From positions 32,001 through 96,000 of IMG/VR virus record IMGVR_UViG_3300049830_000142: a stretch of DNA of 64,000 nucleotides, one strand, 5' to 3'. This document shows, in pieces, positions 62,125 through 64,000 of this stretch. The stretch comes from a virus. Positions within the stretch are counted from its first letter, which is position 1. The number at the start of each line of letters is the position of its first letter. The translations under genes were made by a program, and so were the position numbers. The notes under the pieces were generated by a model that did no database searches, was not told the DNA's origin, and saw only the letters and a program-made list of their open reading frames with translations.

Positions 62125-62994
62125 ATGAATACTCTAGACTTTTTGAACCAAAATTCGTTGAGAAACTACCCCATAAAAGATGATTTAGGTAGAGTCAGTG
62201 ACGACGGAATTTTCACGATTCCGAATACCCTCATTGTCGACATCGCGTTGTGTGCACCAGGTCACGATACACTTAGCCTATACATCTCAAAAGTAAATGT
62301 TAGTTCTAAGAGTTTGTCTATCGAGTTAAGCGCAAATGGTGTTGGTATCTTTGGTGTGTTTCAAACTAATCTACCACTAAGCGGATACAACAACGATATT
62401 ACACTGACACCTGGAGTTCTATTTCCTCTAGCAGCTGGAGCAATCACCATAGGTTCTACAGATGACTTGATTGACTTACCATCTGGCAACTTTGCATTTA
62501 GTTACAGCAGCACAGCACTCTTGATGCGTACTTATGGTCCTAGCAGCCCTGGTCTATCATGGCTATCCTTTACAGACACAAAAGGTAACACATCTACTCT
62601 CACAGGCTATGTACAGGTAAACGGTCACAGCAATATTCAATTTAGGAATGGTAGCAACGTAGTATACGTAGATGCTGGTGAAAACTTAGGTCTAAATAAG
62701 GTTTGTATCAGCACCAAGACTCCGATAACTTCTATTAATGGAGTACCGCCGGACGCTACCGGTAATTTCACTTTAATACCTGAACAATGTGTTTCACTGA
62801 CACCAGCACAGAACGGTTTGTTTGTAGGCGACAACTGCGGACAGCCTTGTATGGGTTGCACTGAGATGGCTACATTAACTACACAAGTAAATAGCTTGGA
62901 GACCAGCATTATTGATATACGCAACTTTACCAATAATCTACAAGCCGCCATCACTCAAGCCACAACTCTACTTAATTATCAATGCCAGTGCTAA
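62125..62994 (+). CDS. Cys-rich tail/baseplate protein
   Basis: NQNSLRNYP; SINGVPPDATGNF; DNCGQPCMGC. Confidence 0.7.
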   Translation: MNTLDFLNQNSLRNYPIKDDLGRVSDDGIFTIPNTLIVDIALCAPGHDTLSLYISKVNVSSKSLSIELSANGVGIFGVFQTNLPLSGYNNDITLTPGVLFPLAAGAITIGSTDDLIDLPSGNFAFSYSSTALLMRTYGPSSPGLSWLSFTDTKGNTSTLTGYVQVNGHSNIQFRNGSNVVYVDAGENLGLNKVCISTKTPITSINGVPPDATGNFTLIPEQCVSLTPAQNGLFVGDNCGQPCMGCTEMATLTTQVNSLETSIIDIRNFTNNLQAAITQATTLLNYQCQC

Positions 62995-64000
62995 ATGAAC
63001 ACAATCGACTACCAGCAGCAATGTGGGTTAACCCGTTATCCTTTTCGTGATAATGCTACGTTAGTATGGACCTCAGGTTCTACTCACGGGGAACTCCCTA
63101 ATTCCATTTTTAGAGATGCGAAGCTAACAGTGTTTAGTGGAAGCATTTCTGCTCCTCAGTTAACTGCGATCTCATTCGACGGTGCAAATGCTATTGTGTC
63201 TTTAGGTGGATATACTTTAGTAGTTCCGGCTACTATCGGTATCAACACCTATACAGCCAAAAACTCAACTGCACTTCTTTGTGTAGACATCGACAATGAT
63301 GAGCTGACCAACTACTTCACTACAATTGGAGCGGGAGCTTATACATTTGATGCTTCATGCACATTATGCTTGTCATGCATAAAGGTTCTTCCTCCTAACA
63401 TCACCAGGTTTAAGCTGATCAATACTTTGCCCGCTTCAACAGCGACTATCTACGATAACAGTGTTGTTGGTAGTGGTGTACCGTTAGTAGAGGGAACAAA
63501 TGTAGGATTTACTGTTACTGATAATTTGTGTAACGTAGACGTGAACCGTGGTTTGGGGGCAGGTCAATACGATGGCTGTGGTAATGACTCTTCAAATCTT
63601 CTTACCATCAACACGCTAAGTCCAGACGCAAAAGGAAATTACTTAATTGGTAACGACTTCTGCTATTCAACTTATAGGACACCTGAAGGCTTACACTTAA
63701 AGAACACCTGCAAACCTCAGTGCACTTCTGATGACATACTTAACACAGCCGACTACTATAATAGAGTAGGTGATTTGACTAACCAGCTGTCCACATATGT
63801 AGGTGCAACTAACAACGGATACAATAGCTGGCTATCTACGATCGAGACTTTGGAATCTAACAAAAACACATATGCGCTTGGCTATGTATTGGCCAATGCA
63901 TCTACATCTGCTAATCGAGCAAAGCAATATCATAACATAGGCATTGGACTATATTATCCGCATTTCAAGTCACCAAGCAGTGTTCTTAAAGCTTCTTACA
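62995..64000 (+). CDS. Cys-rich tail/baseplate protein, paralog of previous gene, 3' end off window
   Basis: Hand-translated MNTIDYQQQCGLTRYPF...TINTLSPDAKGNY...NTCKPQC; open to 64000. Confidence 0.75.
   Translation, partial: MNTIDYQQQCGLTRYPFRDNATLVWTSGSTHGELPNSIFRDAKLTVFSGSISAPQLTAISFDGANAIVSLGGYTLVVPATIGINTYTAKNSTALLCVDIDNDELTNYFTTIGAGAYTFDASCTLCLSCIKVLPPNITRFKLINTLPASTATIYDNSVVGSGVPLVEGTNVGFTVTDNLCNVDVNRGLGAGQYDGCGNDSSNLLTINTLSPDAKGNYLIGNDFCYSTYRTPEGLHLKNTCKPQCTSDDILNTADYYNRVGDLTNQLSTYVGATNNGYNSWLSTIETLESNKNTYALGYVLANASTSANRAKQYHNIGIGLYYPHFKSPSSVLKASY

Noticed and set aside
266-62954. Many short ORF-track entries antisense or out of frame to long genes (e.g. 1211..1525, 9340..10002, 17686..18000, 36342..36668)
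   Set aside because: Shadow frames of well-supported genes, without start signals or protein-like motifs
1-64000. Alternative genetic code suggested by the in-frame TGA at 7886
   Set aside because: TAA and TGA end genes normally, long genes are intact in code 11 and Trp is TGG
1-64000. CRISPR array, tRNAs, DGR/retron reverse transcriptase, integrase
   Set aside because: No regularly spaced repeats, cloverleafs, YxDD RT or recombinase motifs seen by eye; a tRNAscan/Infernal run is still advisable

Overview
A 64-kb segment of a large contractile-tailed dsDNA bacteriophage (myovirus-type Caudoviricetes, probably jumbo-sized), read with the standard code. Left to right: (i) a minus-strand block of Gly-zipper/low-complexity proteins with recurring K-x-A motifs (1-4085); (ii) an accessory/early region with a divergent HUH Rep-like gene, three tandem paralogs, many tiny membrane proteins, RNase H, HNH nucleases and two strongly folded non-coding segments (about 6350-6565 on minus, 12511-12706 on plus); (iii) a GIY-YIG/SNF2 fusion and a GH24 lysozyme divergent from a phage multisubunit RNA polymerase built as a beta(C-half)-beta'(N-half) fusion plus a separate beta' C-terminal gene; (iv) a head module (protease, scaffold, decoration, HK97-fold capsid) interleaved with many K-x-A proteins and a stand-alone PAS gene; (v) neck, sheath, tube, spike, frameshifted tail chaperone, tape measure and baseplate genes with a sigma70-family factor inside them. 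About eight nuclease genes of homing-endonuclease type are scattered through the window. Many genes have sigma70-like promoters whose -10 box ends 5-8 nt before the ATG (leaderless). No portal, terminase, RNAP alpha or beta N-half, tRNA, CRISPR array or reverse transcriptase was recognised. Main candidate new system: K-x-A-delimited, protease-matured head cargo proteins sharing an [AG][FY]xxG[FM]hKAA leader. All family calls come from motif recognition by eye, without database searches.
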